The notes under the pieces are model-generated. The model was not told the DNA's origin and did no database searches. It was given only the letters and a program-made list of their open reading frames with translations. Positions 45,362 to 58,073 of a DNA stretch of 64,000 nucleotides are shown here, one piece after another. How positions within the stretch are numbered: the stretch's first letter is position 1; every line of letters begins with the position of its first letter. The position numbers and the translations under genes were made by a program. This DNA comes from Macrostomum hystrix (lineage: Eukaryota > Animalia > Platyhelminthes), in contig CATNEN010000001.1 of the NCBI GenBank assembly GCA_950097015.1, positions 19,964,001-20,028,000 on the forward strand, in the 5' to 3' direction.

Positions 45362-47400
45362 ATAGTAAAATTCTTCGGTTGCGCATACTGCTGAATGTGT
45401 CGATTACTTTCTCAACATCAATAATCTGTCCTCGATGAATGAATAACATTGCCAGTCCAGTCAGTCTCTCCTCAGACATTGACGAGCGAAGGTAACTATT
45501 AAGAAGCCTTAGCTTTGAAAAGCTCCGTTCAGCAGTAGCTGTGGTGACTGGCAAAGTTGCAAAGAGGCGCAAAAGCTTTGCAACACTCGGAAATATGGAA
45601 GATGATGCCAACTTCACGCAAGTTGCAAAATCAGATTCAGTACAATCAGAGACAGAGACAGATAATCGCAGCCAGCTCTCAACTTCCACCTTAACTGCAT
45701 CCAATGGAGATTATAAGTCCTGCTCGTACAGCTGTGCAACTTTCATGATTAATTTACGCTGCAGCTATCAACGAAACTGGGCAGAAGTTTTTGCAAGGCA
45801 AGCTGAACTGGGGTTTCATCTGAAGCAGCACCAATATCAATATTATGCTTCTGAAGAGCTTTTGAAACTGGCAATGTGCGTGTCATAATACTTTTTGCGA
45901 TTATTAGGTTGACTAAAAAAGTTGCATCTTTAACAGCCTCAAATAGATTGCCAGCCTCAGAAGTCGAACGATCTTGATCTTGGATGTCTTGCAATGCAAT
46001 GCTGACGTATGGTAGAAGCTCTACGAAAGTGAGCACTGCATCATGACTGTCCACCCATCGAGTAGGACACAGTAAACGTAGTCGGCGCTTCTTATGATCT
46101 GATGCAGTATTTGGACCAGAGCTATCATTAAGCTCACTGTCTATAATCTTCTCCAGCAGGCGTTGTCGCTTGGACAACAAACTAATTAGCAGTTTGTATA
46201 GAGTTTATTTAGTGGCAGTGGAAGCAAAAGGGTAGAGAGAAGAATATTGGACGCGCTAGAGGGGAGCAAAGCTAAGAGCAATCTGTATCAGAGAGGAGGT
46301 CTTGCACATAGATATAAAGGTGGTAAACGCAAATGATGAGGTCATAGACAATAATAAGTTTAGCTGAAACTAAGGTGCTGAAGGGACTAAAAGTCCATTA
46401 GGAACGCAAGACTAAGAATTGGAGGTATATAATTCCGACAGGCTACTCTTTTAGGCGAAGCCAAAATAAAATAGCTCACTTTCCTAATTACACCTAATGC
46501 ATTCCGAATAGGAGCAACTGTGCTAGCCTTCATCAACACTAGATTTAGCCGGTGACTGAAGCAGTAAATGGCTGCACCTCTCTAATCAAAGCCTGACAAC
46601 CATTAGCGTGGCCGCGCATGGCTGCAGCCCCATCGTACCCTTGTCCTCGACATTGATCTAAAGAGAGTCCCCGATCAGCCAGAAACTTGGTTATTAGATC
46701 TGCCAGTCCTCGTCCAGTCGTATCCTCCGCTTCTACAAAACCCAAAAAAATCTTCCTCTATCTCACCATCATCGCTCACATATAGTGAAGTTTGCTCAAT
46801 TCTTCCTGAATCTGTAGTTTCATCACACAGAATGGTATAAAATCCAGCAGCTTTGACCTTGTGAATGATTGCTTCTGTAAGCACCTTACCAATTGATTCA
46901 ATTAGCTGATTTTGTGTAGTCTTGGAGGTGTACTGAGCATTGCTGGCTGATGTCTCCAACAGACTCTTCAATTCATTGTCTCCAGACTTTGCTTGAAACC
47001 TGATAAGGTTACGAAACACTCGTAACACAGCTGCTGACTTGTCAATCCCTATTCTGCCATCATCACGGTGCCCTCTGAAAGGCAAATTGTTCTGGCCGAG
47101 GAATATAATGGCACAATTGCTGCCAACTTCCGGCGATTAGCAGCAATGGCAGCAGAGTTGGCTTCATCCATCTGAGTTAAAATAAGGTGCTTTGATTCCA
47201 GCGATTTCAGAATTAAAGCACTTCGCTCAACGCAGGCCTTATGAGACTGTGATCTTGAATGCTCATTAATGTGCTCAATGGTCTTCTTAGAAGCAGCCAG
47301 TGGTTCTTTAACTAGTTTATTGAGGGGCTGCGGTCGACGACCCCCTTCTCTTCCACCACTTTCTGGAAAAAGCACACATTCAGACCGAAAGCGCCTGGTT
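45362..47400 (-). pseudogene. hAT transposase (ZMYM1/THAP12-like, DUF4371 + hATC), frameshifted
   Basis: PFRGHRDDG, YTSKTTQNQLI, FYTILCDETTD, CRGQGYDGAAAMRG, LCPTRWV, LPVTTATAERSFSKLR..YLRSSMSEERLTGLA. Confidence 0.92.
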
Positions 47401-48328
47401 GAATTTGCTGCAACAGAAAATTTTTAGTTCTTTGTGGCATCCATTTATCTTTCAATAAAGTTTCCTTAACTGAATCCAGAACTGATTGCTGTCCTAATGC
47501 TACAGCGATGTTATTGTTTACTACTGCACTTGAATTTGCAGCCTTATTTGAATGACTAGTTATTGCACACTGTAGCGGTACTTTGACTAAAGGATCAGAA
47601 GCCGAATCTTCTGCGTCCTGTAGCGGCTATACGTTCTCAACTTCCTTCGCCTTATCCAATGCTACATCTATCTGCAAGCCTGCCTGCTCAACGCGCTCAG
47701 AGTCATCCCTCCTGGCAACCTTTTCATTAGTTTTTTCTCCTGTACTGGCTGAGCATCTCGTAGAGCTGTGAAAAAATGAGTTATTTTACGATTGCTCATT
47801 GCATCGATGATTTAATGAATAATACTGTCCAATTTTACCCTGCTTCGTTTATCTGTGTCATGGGCAGTGCAGTAAGTATAGGAGTTCTGAATTCTGACTT
47901 CGTATATAGTAGAAATAGAGGTAGTTGTCAAACTGTCAACCGAAACTGGAAGTAAGAAAGTTGAAATTAGAACTATTAAAATGTAGCGAAAATAATTATT
48001 GAATAATTCATAGTTCATTATCGTAAATTAAATATTTAGATATTCTATTTCATTTCATAGTTCTGATTCACTGATGGCTAATTTCATTCGTCATACTCAT
48101 GCATATGTAAAAATACAAATGTATTTAATATAATATATGTTTGTTGAAAGTAAAAGTGTCCATATTTATTTTGTCAACTAACTAATGTTCAAGACAAACG
48201 TTTAATGAAAATGAAAAGTGTTTAATGAATATATGTTTGTTGAAAGTAAAAGTATCCATTATATCCATATTTATTTTGTCAACTAATTCTGATCGATCGT
48301 AAACTAAGTATCCATTTATCCATTATAT

Positions 48329-49040
48329 TGTGACGTTGTCACTTGTTGTAAGCGCCCCTAGCAATTTAATTTACGTGTTAATTCACATAGCTAATTTGCG
48401 TGCGTACTAGCTTGGGCCGTTTTAACTCATATCGTGTAATTTCATCCACTTCTGCTGTTTCATGTAATTAATTCAAATATTTAGAACACTACTGTTAACG
48501 CACAGTTACCGTTAACGCACATCGCGCCATTATAGCTTATTTCCTACGCGTGGTTCAATATATTTTCCCCCAGCCAATGAGCGTGCGAGCTCTGTCTGGC
48601 CAGAGTTATCGATCGCCCTGTCTTTAGACGGGCTAGTTTATTTTACTAAGGGCTTTAGGCCCGCTCGCGCTCCACTGCCTATTTTTCCTGGTCCTGAACC
48701 TGCGCTTGATCCTGCTTCTGATTCTGCCTATTTGTTCTGGTTCTGAGCCTGTCCTTCCTTACTCACCTGCCTTTCCTGTCTCCACTGTTCCTGTCCTATC
48801 GTGTCTTGCGTGTCCCGACCACTGTTATCACTTATACTCGTCACTCATATTGTTGTCCACGTCGAGCTCCTGCACCTGTCCTCTAATTAACTTACTATAT
48901 TGCTTGTCGCGTGTCCCAGTGGTTGTCGCAATAATAAACAAGAATTTAAGAGTGCTACCGCTACACTATACCGCACTGATTACTAACATTCAATTGGATT
49001 AAGCGTGCGCCGAAGCTTCCTGTCAATTCATTTCGTCACA
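48329..49040 (+). mobile_element. Solo LTR (same family as 44704-45361, opposite orientation) inserted in an AT-rich tandem repeat
   Basis: TGTGACG...CGTCACA ends, 4-bp TSD ATAT (48325-48328, 49041-49044); flanked by ~90-bp AT-rich units at 48130-48328 and 49045-49210. Confidence 0.85.
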
Positions 49041-52000
49041 ATATCCATATTTATTTTTTCAACTAGCTAATGTTCAAGACACGTTTCATGAAAAGTGTTT
49101 AATGAATACATGTTGAAAGTAAAAGTATCCATTATATCCATATTTAATTTGTCAACTAACTAATGTTCAAGACAAAGACAAACGTTTAATGAAAAGTGTT
49201 TAATGAAAAAACCTGAACTAAATTTATAGTGACTAACGATTTCTTATGCAACAAATTGAGTCCTCGCAGTAAGAGCCCGTTCATACGGCAGTGAGCCAAT
49301 TCGGGCCGAGAGTCAAATTATACTTAAGTTTAACAGAGCGATAAGGAAGGGGGTTGGTTAGATGGGTAACATGCGCGCGGACTGGCTAGAGGTAAGTGAT
49401 AAAACGCAGGGGAAGGAAAGAGAGACGAGGTGAGAGCCAATCAGAGCCGAGAGAGAAGATAAGGCTAATAAATAAATTGAACAGGCAGGGGGAGAGAGAA
49501 GAGAGTACATTAAGAGGGCGCGCGAAATGAGAAACCAGGGAGAAGTTAATGCAGTGACGATTGACGTCTGACGAACTAACTGTATCGTCTCGTCTACAGT
49601 CTACATGCCGAATGTCGATCGATCATGGCTATCAAGAATTTAAGCTGTAATATAATTATTGGCGAAAAGCCAGCTGAAAGCGGCATAGAAATGCTCGTGA
49701 ATTTTTTAGACGGAAAAGGCGTAAAATGATAAACCTAAATCTTAATCTGATATTATATATTTTTATAACCGACTCGCTACGCTACGCTTGCTTCAATAAG
49801 CCTGCCATTTTCTAAGAATAATCATAGTATTAGTCGTTATCGTAATCGTAGGGTACGTTCGGGTAGCTTAAAATGACTTAAAATGAACTTAAACTGCAGC
49901 TTAAGTTCATTTTAACCTCTTTACTAAAACAAAAGCTAAAGAGACTAAATGTCGAAGAAATGAAGAAAAATGTAAGCTAAATGAATAAATAGAATAAACG
50001 AATAATTAGTCTTTATATTCTGGTCTTGAAATTTTGTAGTTCTGATTGTTGTACTTGTGGTAGCGTGGCACACACAAATGGTGAAAATAACCAAGACAGG
50101 AACTAGATTCAGAGAGGAAAGTATCCGGCCTCACCACTGGTCCTTCGTCGCAGTGGAAGCAACCCGGTAGTCAGGCTCCGATTGTCCAATTTCCTCGTTA
50201 CTGGGCCTTACCCTCGTATATCGGAATTTCCCGAGCGTGGAAACTCCCTTAACTCAGCAAATAGCGTACCTTAGTCCTATAGGACCTTTAGGCACAAAGT
50301 AAAGTTAGAGTCCTTGCTTCAAATGCAGCTTCTAACTTATGATTCGTGAATGGACACGAAAGCGCAAACGCATGAAGAAATCGTTGTTGTTGTTATTAAG
50401 TTGGGGTAAAACACAGGGTTTTTACACCCTGCCCCCCGCGCATCAGCCGAAGCTCTTACGCTACATAAATAAATGGATATATTTGGTAATTATGATTAAA
50501 ACATATTACTTGTTCGTAAATTATTTAAAAGTAGCGAGTTTAGGTTTTAGAGTTTGGATAATTGGTAGTCATTTTGGACATTCACGTGAGCAATTTAAAA
50601 CATGCATGGTGAGTAATTTAAAACAAAGGTGCAACTCTAAAAATAAAACAAATAGGCCATGTGCAGTGTGCGAGGGAGAAAAAGGTGTGGGAAAACACCC
50701 CAGTGCGCGGGTTATCACAAAGTTAATCTTTAAATTGATTGGTATCTTTCAATAATTTTGATGATTGATAATTAGATATTTTAATTTGATAGTTCGATTG
50801 TTTGGATGGAACGAAGGTCTGGGGTGTGAAAAACCCACACCAAAAACCCCCGCCTGCACAGGACCTTTAAAATTATTTATTGTTAATTATTTATTTGTTG
50901 TCATCTTTTGATATGCTACTATTAGTAGACTCCACTAAAAGTAGGAATTAACCTTCTGGTGGTGAGTTTTTTGTGAGTATAAATACCAAGTTGTTTTAGA
51001 CTAGCATAACTAATTGGCATCTATGACCAATGAGACAAAGTTAAAGCCGAACTCTATTGGCCCAGTGTTTGTGGTTCACTGGTAACTTGTCGTAGCCTGT
51101 AATGGGCATTACAGATCCCCGATTTTGCTAAATTTTGCCGGTTTAAAACTGCAGGTCCATTTTTGCCATTTTTGACACTTTTTGAGCAAGGTTCAAAAAA
51201 CGGAGATAGGCAAAATACACTACACAATGTAAATGAATGGAAATCACGAAACTCATGAAAAATGTGAAGCTAAGTGACACTATAGGTGAAAATAAAAGCT
51301 TGTACTTTCTTTTCAGTATCTGTATTTTGGATAAATTGTAAAAACGAAGAATATAGCTTTAGCTAGCTTTTATGCAGCAGCACATGTATAGTATCATGTA
51401 CATTATTACCATCAATTATGGTTGTTTGCCGAAACAAAGACATAAATAGTACAGGAAATTATTAAAATACATCGTTCATATCCAGCAGAATTGCAATATG
51501 CTAAGCATGAGGCATCACTTAATTAAAATGCTTCGTGTTATAAAAAAACATTAATTACGAATAGAATAGCCACTCTTGAATCAATTTAGTGCAGTACGAA
51601 AATATGAAGCCTAATTGAGTCTGATTGCTTGTGACTGCTTGAACATGCAGATTTCAACACTTAAAGTGAGATAAAATCGTGTGCTCTTTTCAACGTGTTC
51701 TAAAAAGCACTTTTTAGACAAAATCAACGTGTTCTAAAAAGCAATTTTTAGACAAAACTGAAAAGTTATTGATTATATTATTCGAAAGTGCAATTTGAGT
51801 TGTTTCAAATAGCCAAAATGATGCAATATATAAACGAAATTTCATAGAAAGAGTTTGCAACTACTAAAATTCAACAGTTCTGCTGCACTGCTTACATCTT
51901 ATATGCCTAACAAAAATACACACTACTAGCAGGTTCTTTATAAAAACACTTGATTTTTATGACTTTTCTATATATACGCGAGTTGTACTGGACCATTATA

Positions 52001-55000
52001 TCGTGATCAGAAAATTGCGCGCAAGGTATAAAAGGGTAGGTGGAAAAATATTTTGGCTAATAATAATTTTCAAATAAAAATACGAAAATGCTGTTGCAAC
52101 ATTGGCACAAAAATTGGAGTACACAATGATACATTAAGTAGCAGAATTTGCCACAAACAAAAGCATAGCTTAAGTGTTCAAAAATAAGACTTAGCAGTTT
52201 TTCATCACCCAATTCTTGTGGCAAGGTGCTTTAGAAAATTCTAAGTGAGTGACATGTGTGATCAAACTGTGGAATCAGGCAGATCCATATATGATAGACG
52301 TTTGAGTGCAAACCCGTACAACAATCCGACGTGGGCCGACGTTTCTAACATCTCCGACGTCTACTATAATGTCGCTGTAGCAATATTTTCTTGTATATCC
52401 CGGCCTCCAACTGACCTTCAGAGGTTCAAACGTCCGCTAGATATCAGGAGATATAAAAATTGTCAGGAGATAAATAAAAAATCGTTATGTTACAGCGACA
52501 TCGGCCGATGTCGAAAAAGTCGCCGATGTCACCGTCATCAGTTTGTTGTATGGAGATCGAATCTTTACACTAATCACCTTGACTCAAGATAAATAATGAG
52601 GAAACGCCGATTACAGAAATGAAAATAGCGTCATTAAAAAGTCGTAACACAAAGCACAAAGAGTTATTTTTCAAAGAGACAGCAGCAAGAGACGGCATCT
52701 TCACGAGTTTCACGAGCTTCACTTCACCTCAGACGAGAATGATTCAGCTGTCCACAACACTATCCAGCACCGACTGAAGGCCAGTCAATGGTCCACGTAT
52801 TTTTCGCTGCTTCGAGGCGGGTGACTTGGCAGCGTCTCGGACATTCCTTCTCTTGCATTTCTTCGGTTGAACACGTGAGGCCTCACTGACTTGTTTCTGA
52901 GCCTCATCAGGACATGACAAAAGTTTTAAACTCCTTTGTGATGACTCAGGCTTCGCCAATCCAGGTTTCGGTGACTTAGGTTGCTGTTGCGATGCCTGGC
53001 TGCTACTGGCAGCAACAATGATTGCATTTTTCGGCAAAGGGTTAATTTTGGTGGTGCGCACCAGCGCACCAGCGAAACTAAGAGCATGCGGAGTGGCTTG
53101 GTAGGATTGGCGAGCAACAGCCACTTTATGCGCCATTCGGAGGCTAAGGGCCTCTTGCTGCTCAGGTGTCAAGTATAACTTTGCCTGCGTTTCGACGTAC
53201 TTCCGGTAGTCAGTGTGTCGCAGCTTATCCGGCAGCTTAGCTTTCTGTCGAGTGTCCGTCCAAACCGCGCTAAATCCACCGGAGCCGCTAGCACTCCGTG
53301 GGTAAGGAAACAAAGTTTCGATGGCATCCTTGGTAGCAGCACGATAGTCACCATACCTGCCAAACAATTCGAAAAAAGTTGGGTCGATCCGAACACGCAC
53401 AGCCCGTACAGATTCAAAGTTTTGTGCTTCAGCACATGCAATTCCGCGTCTTTTTTCTTTGCCAGCGCCTCCTTCCAATTGAGATATTCCTGCACAGTCA
53501 CGTTGCTTGGCACATCCGGCCGATTAGCGTTTCCAGGACCGAAGCTAATGAAAGTTGCCAAGCAGAGTGGCACAACTGGGTCCGCAACGTCTGCCACTTT
53601 TGCCCTGTCGAGTAACTCAATAAAAGTGAAAAGTGCTTGCACGTCGCTATCAGTAAGTAGGTCCGTATCAAGTTTATTTCGCAAAGCCGTATCATTCTGG
53701 CGCTTTACTTTGCGGTAACTTCGCACCCACATTGTGCACTGAGCTTGAAAGGAAGTGAGGTGAGCGGAAGTTCCGCGCTCTGAAATCACTGAGAATTTGC
53801 GCGTCAATAAAAAGAGGCCGAAATTGGATAGACCGTGAATAAGCGTCTTTGTTCCAGATGGAGCTTACGACTCTGATTTAAAAAATGTAGATATTTTGCC
53901 ACGCTGGTCTTCCAAAATAATGTCGAGCACATCATGCAAACCTACTGCAACTGCCACCTTCTGAACTCTAGAAGATTTGAACGGCTTGTACTGAACACCA
54001 GATCTCCTCCACCAAATTCAGCCAAATGCGCTTCAAACTCGTCCAACTCTGGATACTCGTACATAGGACGCTCTGAGGCAATCGCGGCCAATGCCGCCTC
54101 GATTCGTGGGGCTGCAATTATTAAATTGCTTTCTTCTTTACTGATTTTGTGTGTTCCCATCAGGTGAATGCCCAAGTTCTTCTTGCTGTACAGCAGACTA
54201 CAGACCGGACAAGCAACTTTATCCTGATCTAGCGCGCTGTCTACCTTGTCCTTCATTGCGACCTTCTGTGTGTGCTGCTTAATTTTTGTAACAAAACTCG
54301 TCAAGGGCTCATTTGACTCTGCGATCAGCTGCCGATGCGACTCTCTTAGATGTTGTGATATTTTTGAGTTTCTAATCACGTGCTTTGGGTAATAGCAGCA
54401 CAAATTCGTCTTGCCTTTGCCTTTCTTAGGTGGCTGCTGCTGATGGCTTGAAGCAGAAGTCACAGGCACAGCCGAGCTTTATGTGCTCTGGAAAGGCACA
54501 TCTTCGTCCAACTCTATGCTGCGAACTCCAACAATCTTGTCGTTAATCTTGCAGTAAAGCTTTTTGTCTGCATGCAGGTCAAAAACGACACCATCAATGC
54601 CACCTACTTTTCCGTCATCAGCCGCATTGGCAGTGGTCTGAATAAAAGCATCAATTAGATCGTCAACTTCACGGTTAGAAGCAGATGGCAGAGAGTTGGC
54701 TGCAAGCGCCACATTAATATCGTCCAATTCTACAGTGCCATGAACGTCAAATAAAATCTTCTCACAATAGACTTCAGTCCCAGATTGCAGCAGAGGCAAT
54801 GCTGAAGATGAATCGTTGCCCTGTTTGAAGAGAGTGGGTGAGGGAAAAGCTTATTTTCATTAGACAGCAAAATATTTAACATTTTTTTAAAAATCTCTAC
54901 CACAACAATGCTTGCTCGCCTCCGACAAAATACTTGTGAAAAATCTGCGAATAATGCTTTTCTATAACTGTCATTTTCTAATGCTAGAAATACTTCCAGC

Positions 55001-55019
55001 TGTTTTCAATCCTCTTTAT

Positions 55020-55352
55020 CGCAGGATTATTTTTACCGGTCTGTATATGGACAACACTATCAATTGAGTTCGACACTATTTATTGCAGGATAAAAATCGC
55101 AGGATAACAATCGCGGGACAATTTTTACCGGTCTGTAAGGACAACACTATCAATTGAGTTCGACACTATTTATTGCAGGATAAAAATCGCAGGATAACAA
55201 TCGCAGGATAATTTTTACCGGTCTGTAAGGACAACACTATCAATTGAGTTCGACACTATTTATTGCAGGATAAAAATCGCAGGATAACAATCGCAGGATA
55301 ATTTTTACCGGTCTGTAAGGACAACACTATCAATTGATTTCGACACTATTTA
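55020..55352. repeat. 90-bp tandem repeat (probably intronic)
   Basis: GGACAACACTATCAATTGAGTTCGACACTATTT at 55049, 55139, 55229, 55319. Confidence 0.92.
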
Positions 55353-55584
55353 CTCGGAATAATGTCGCTAGGACTTTTATGAAACCTTTAAAAATGTGTT
55401 GTTGCACAAAGTAGATTTCGAGAAAAACAGTGATGAAATTTAGTTCTTCCAATACATGAGTTTTTACAAGCATCACAATCCTGTTAAACCCTTTCATTTA
55501 CTTAAAATTATTTTTATGTCTTTAGAAACAACGAAAAAAGTATAATGAGACTTTCATAATAAGACAAAAGCTACCTGCAATTTA

Positions 55585-56080
55585 GGCGGCTCCAGGATGG
55601 ATGAAGGAAGCCCTTGAGGCGTGACCAACGCCGATTGCGGCGGCTCCGGTACAGACGAAGGCGGCCCTTCAGATGTGACTAACGCCGATTGCGGCGGCTC
55701 CGGTTCAGATGAAGGCGGCCCTTGAAGATTGACCAATGTCGATGGCAGCGGCTCCGGTACAGAAAGAGGCGGCCCTTCAGACGTGACTAACGCCGATTGC
55801 GGCGGCTCCGGTACAGACGAAGCGGCCCTTCAGACGTGACTAACGCCGATTGCGGCGGCTCCGGTTCAAACGTAGGCGGCCCTTGAAGCTTGACCGATGT
55901 CAATGGCGGCGGCTCCGGTACAGAAAGAGGCGGCCCTTCAAACGTGACTAACGCCGATTGCGGCAACTCCGGTACAGACGAAGGCGGCCCTTCAGATGTG
56001 ACTAACGCCGATTGCGGCGGCTCCGGTACAGACGAAGGCGGCCCTTCAGACGTGACTAACGCCGATTGCGGTGGCTCTGG
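55585..56080. repeat. 54-bp coding tandem repeat (PEPPQSALVTSEGPPSSV)n on the minus strand
   Basis: About 9 units of AACGCCGATTGCGGCGGCTCCGGTACAGACGAAGGCGGCCCTTCAGA.GTGACT. Confidence 0.92.
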
Positions 56081-56474
56081 GAGAGGTGTAGGCGTCACAT
56101 TGGGTGGCAATGGCTTCGGTAGTGATGCTTTATTCGCATTTGCTGATTTCTTTTGCGAACGCTTTCCCTGTCCTTTTCTGGATGGATAAGAAAATGAGCT
56201 TAGATTATTTCTAATGTTTCTAATGATTTACTTACTAAACTTTTGTTCATTTTTGGGGTTCAACAGGCTAATTATCAAAACAGTTATTCTCTACCAATTT
56301 TCAGCTTTACTGAGGAATTATTAGTTAATTCACAGGAAATTCCATAGATAATTTTAAATTTTGGTGATTCAAGAGTAATTCAAAGCAATCCAATATGAGA
56401 GTAAGCAAATTACTGGATAATTTCTACATATCTGGTAGGACAATACTACCACTAGTTTCGACCCCTTCGTGTAT

Positions 56475-56781
56475 CGCAGGATAACCTTTACCAGTATGTA
56501 AGGACAACACTGGCAATTGATTTTGACACTATTTATCACAGGATAAAAATCACAGAATAAAAATTGCAGGATAAAAACCACAGGATAAAAATCACAGGAT
56601 AGTCTCAACCTATCTGTAAGGATAACACTATCAATTGATTTCGACACTATTTATCACAGGATAAAAATCACAGAATAAAAATTGCAGGATAAAAATCACA
56701 GGATAGTCTCAACCTATCTGTAAGGATAACACTATCAATTGATTTCGACACTATTTATCACAGGATAAAGGATCACAGGAT
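56475..56781. repeat. Tandem repeat related to the 90-bp array, abutting the truncated integrase
   Basis: GGA.AACACT..CAATTGATTT.GACACTATTTATCACAGGATAAA at ~56501, 56620, 56723. Confidence 0.88.
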
Positions 56782-56847
56782 CTGGTCAAGTGGGCTGGCT
56801 ACAACTCCACTGGGTGGGTGGAGGAGAAAGACTTAAGAAAAGTGTAG
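56782..56847 (+). pseudogene. Integrase chromodomain C-terminal remnant
   Basis: LVKWAGYNSTGWVEEKDLRKV*, matching the end of 5416-6483 with mostly synonymous changes. Confidence 0.9.
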
Positions 56848-56880
56848 GTAAACTATGAATATTATATTATTATAAACTCT

Positions 56881-57690
56881 ATGATGAGATGTATTGTCAT
56901 CAGCAGCAGTCATGCCGAAGGTACTCCTACTGACTTTCATTTTTACCTTCCTTCACCTATTTATCTTGATCGAAATGTGGACTATGAGGTTGGTCTGGTG
57001 GAACTCCATCTGCCTGCTACATGGTTCAATGTTGACGAACCTTACTGCTTCACTGTCTCAGATGGAACAGAGCATGAAGCCCTGGTTCTTCAACCCGGAC
57101 GCTTTGGCAGAGTCGAGGAGCTGGTTGAGTCTCTGAATGATCTACTAGCTAATTCCGAGTTCTATGATGCCAGAAGCGAGCGAGATGCTGAGATGGAGGC
57201 TGACGAATCAGGTCTTCTGGGGCGTCGAGGTGATGCTAAATACACTGGAATAAGATTCGACATTCATAACTCGAGAGCCGTAGTGCAGAACAACACAGTG
57301 CAAGCAGAGCTGCATCTTCCACCTAGCAAGATTCTGCAGTGGCTTGGATTCGGCAACCAGGGAGCAAAGATTCGACCCGGGCGGCTTGTCTCAGAGCACT
57401 GCATTGGCTGCCCGCGCACCAATTTAATTAATGTGCACTGCAGCATCGTTGAGTCAAGCAATTGCAACGGCAATTCACTGTTGAGAACAGTTCGAATGAA
57501 ACCTGATGCTGAATGGGGAAACTATGTGAGCAAAGTTTTAAAGAAGGCAATCTACTTTCCGATCCCGAGGATCCATTCTTTACACAGCCTTCGAGTTCAA
57601 CTGCGAGACATTTTTGGCAGCCTTCTGATTGCCCATTCCTGCAGTCCCGTTCTGCTAACAGTTCAGATTCGGGAGAAAAGAATTCAATGA
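56881..57690 (+). CDS. Minor capsid protein (penton, PX-like)
   Basis: TDFHFYLPSPIYL...YEVGLVELHLP.TWFN...INVHCSIVE...SLLRTV...IYFPI...LRVQLRD. Confidence 0.82.
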   Translation: MMRCIVISSSHAEGTPTDFHFYLPSPIYLDRNVDYEVGLVELHLPATWFNVDEPYCFTVSDGTEHEALVLQPGRFGRVEELVESLNDLLANSEFYDARSERDAEMEADESGLLGRRGDAKYTGIRFDIHNSRAVVQNNTVQAELHLPPSKILQWLGFGNQGAKIRPGRLVSEHCIGCPRTNLINVHCSIVESSNCNGNSLLRTVRMKPDAEWGNYVSKVLKKAIYFPIPRIHSLHSLRVQLRDIFGSLLIAHSCSPVLLTVQIREKRIQ

Positions 57691-58070
57691 ATTACCAGCA
57701 GCTCATTCGGCAGTATTCGGGTGCGCAAACTACCAAACAACCTGCACTGTACGGCTGCGGGAGCTCACCGGGACTCATGACGTTCCAGCCTCCACCGGCT
57801 GTTTCATCAACGTTAGCTGCTGCTGATCTCATGAATGGCAACCTTGCCAAGAAGTCTTCTGTGAAATCAAAGCGAAAGATAAGAAAGTTGTCGAAAAGCA
57901 CTAGTAATCATAGTAACGGCAGTAAGAAAAAGAAGAGATCAAGAAGGAAGCAGGCAAGGTCAAGCAAGAAAGAGCTTAAGAAGAAGTCCGGGAAGACCAA
58001 GAAAGCAACCAAAAATAAACGAAAAGTCAGCAGGAAAACTGTGAAGCGCGTACTGGACTCTCTGTCATAG
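57687..58070 (+). CDS. Basic core-like protein with putative adenain cleavage site
   Basis: LYGCG motif and a very K/R/S-rich C-terminal half; located between penton and MCP. Confidence 0.7.
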   Translation: MNYQQLIRQYSGAQTTKQPALYGCGSSPGLMTFQPPPAVSSTLAAADLMNGNLAKKSSVKSKRKIRKLSKSTSNHSNGSKKKKRSRRKQARSSKKELKKKSGKTKKATKNKRKVSRKTVKRVLDSLS

Positions 58071-58073
58071 ACA

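Larger units (their letters stand above)
52744..56187 (-). pseudogene. Zinc-finger + tyrosine-recombinase-like gene (Crypton-like), spliced, with stops and frameshifts
   Basis: C2H2-like CPVC...LGIHLMGTH; YR-like boxes NANRP..PSNVTVQEY, VLKHKT..LYG, TDYRKYVET...MAH...ARQSY; upstream Pro-rich repeat exon 56187-55575. Confidence 0.6.

Noticed and set aside
44704-49040. Inverted ~0.7-kb repeats flanking a hAT transposase as the TIRs of one composite transposon
   Set aside because: Each repeat has its own TG...CA ends and its own different 4-bp TSD (ATAG, ATAT), and the two are clearly diverged; they are independent solo LTRs
52245-52592. 115-aa ORF / possible MITE with CCCGTACAACAA...TTGTTGTATGGAG ends
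   Set aside because: ORF has no recognisable motif; ends are imperfect with no convincing TSD, too weak to call
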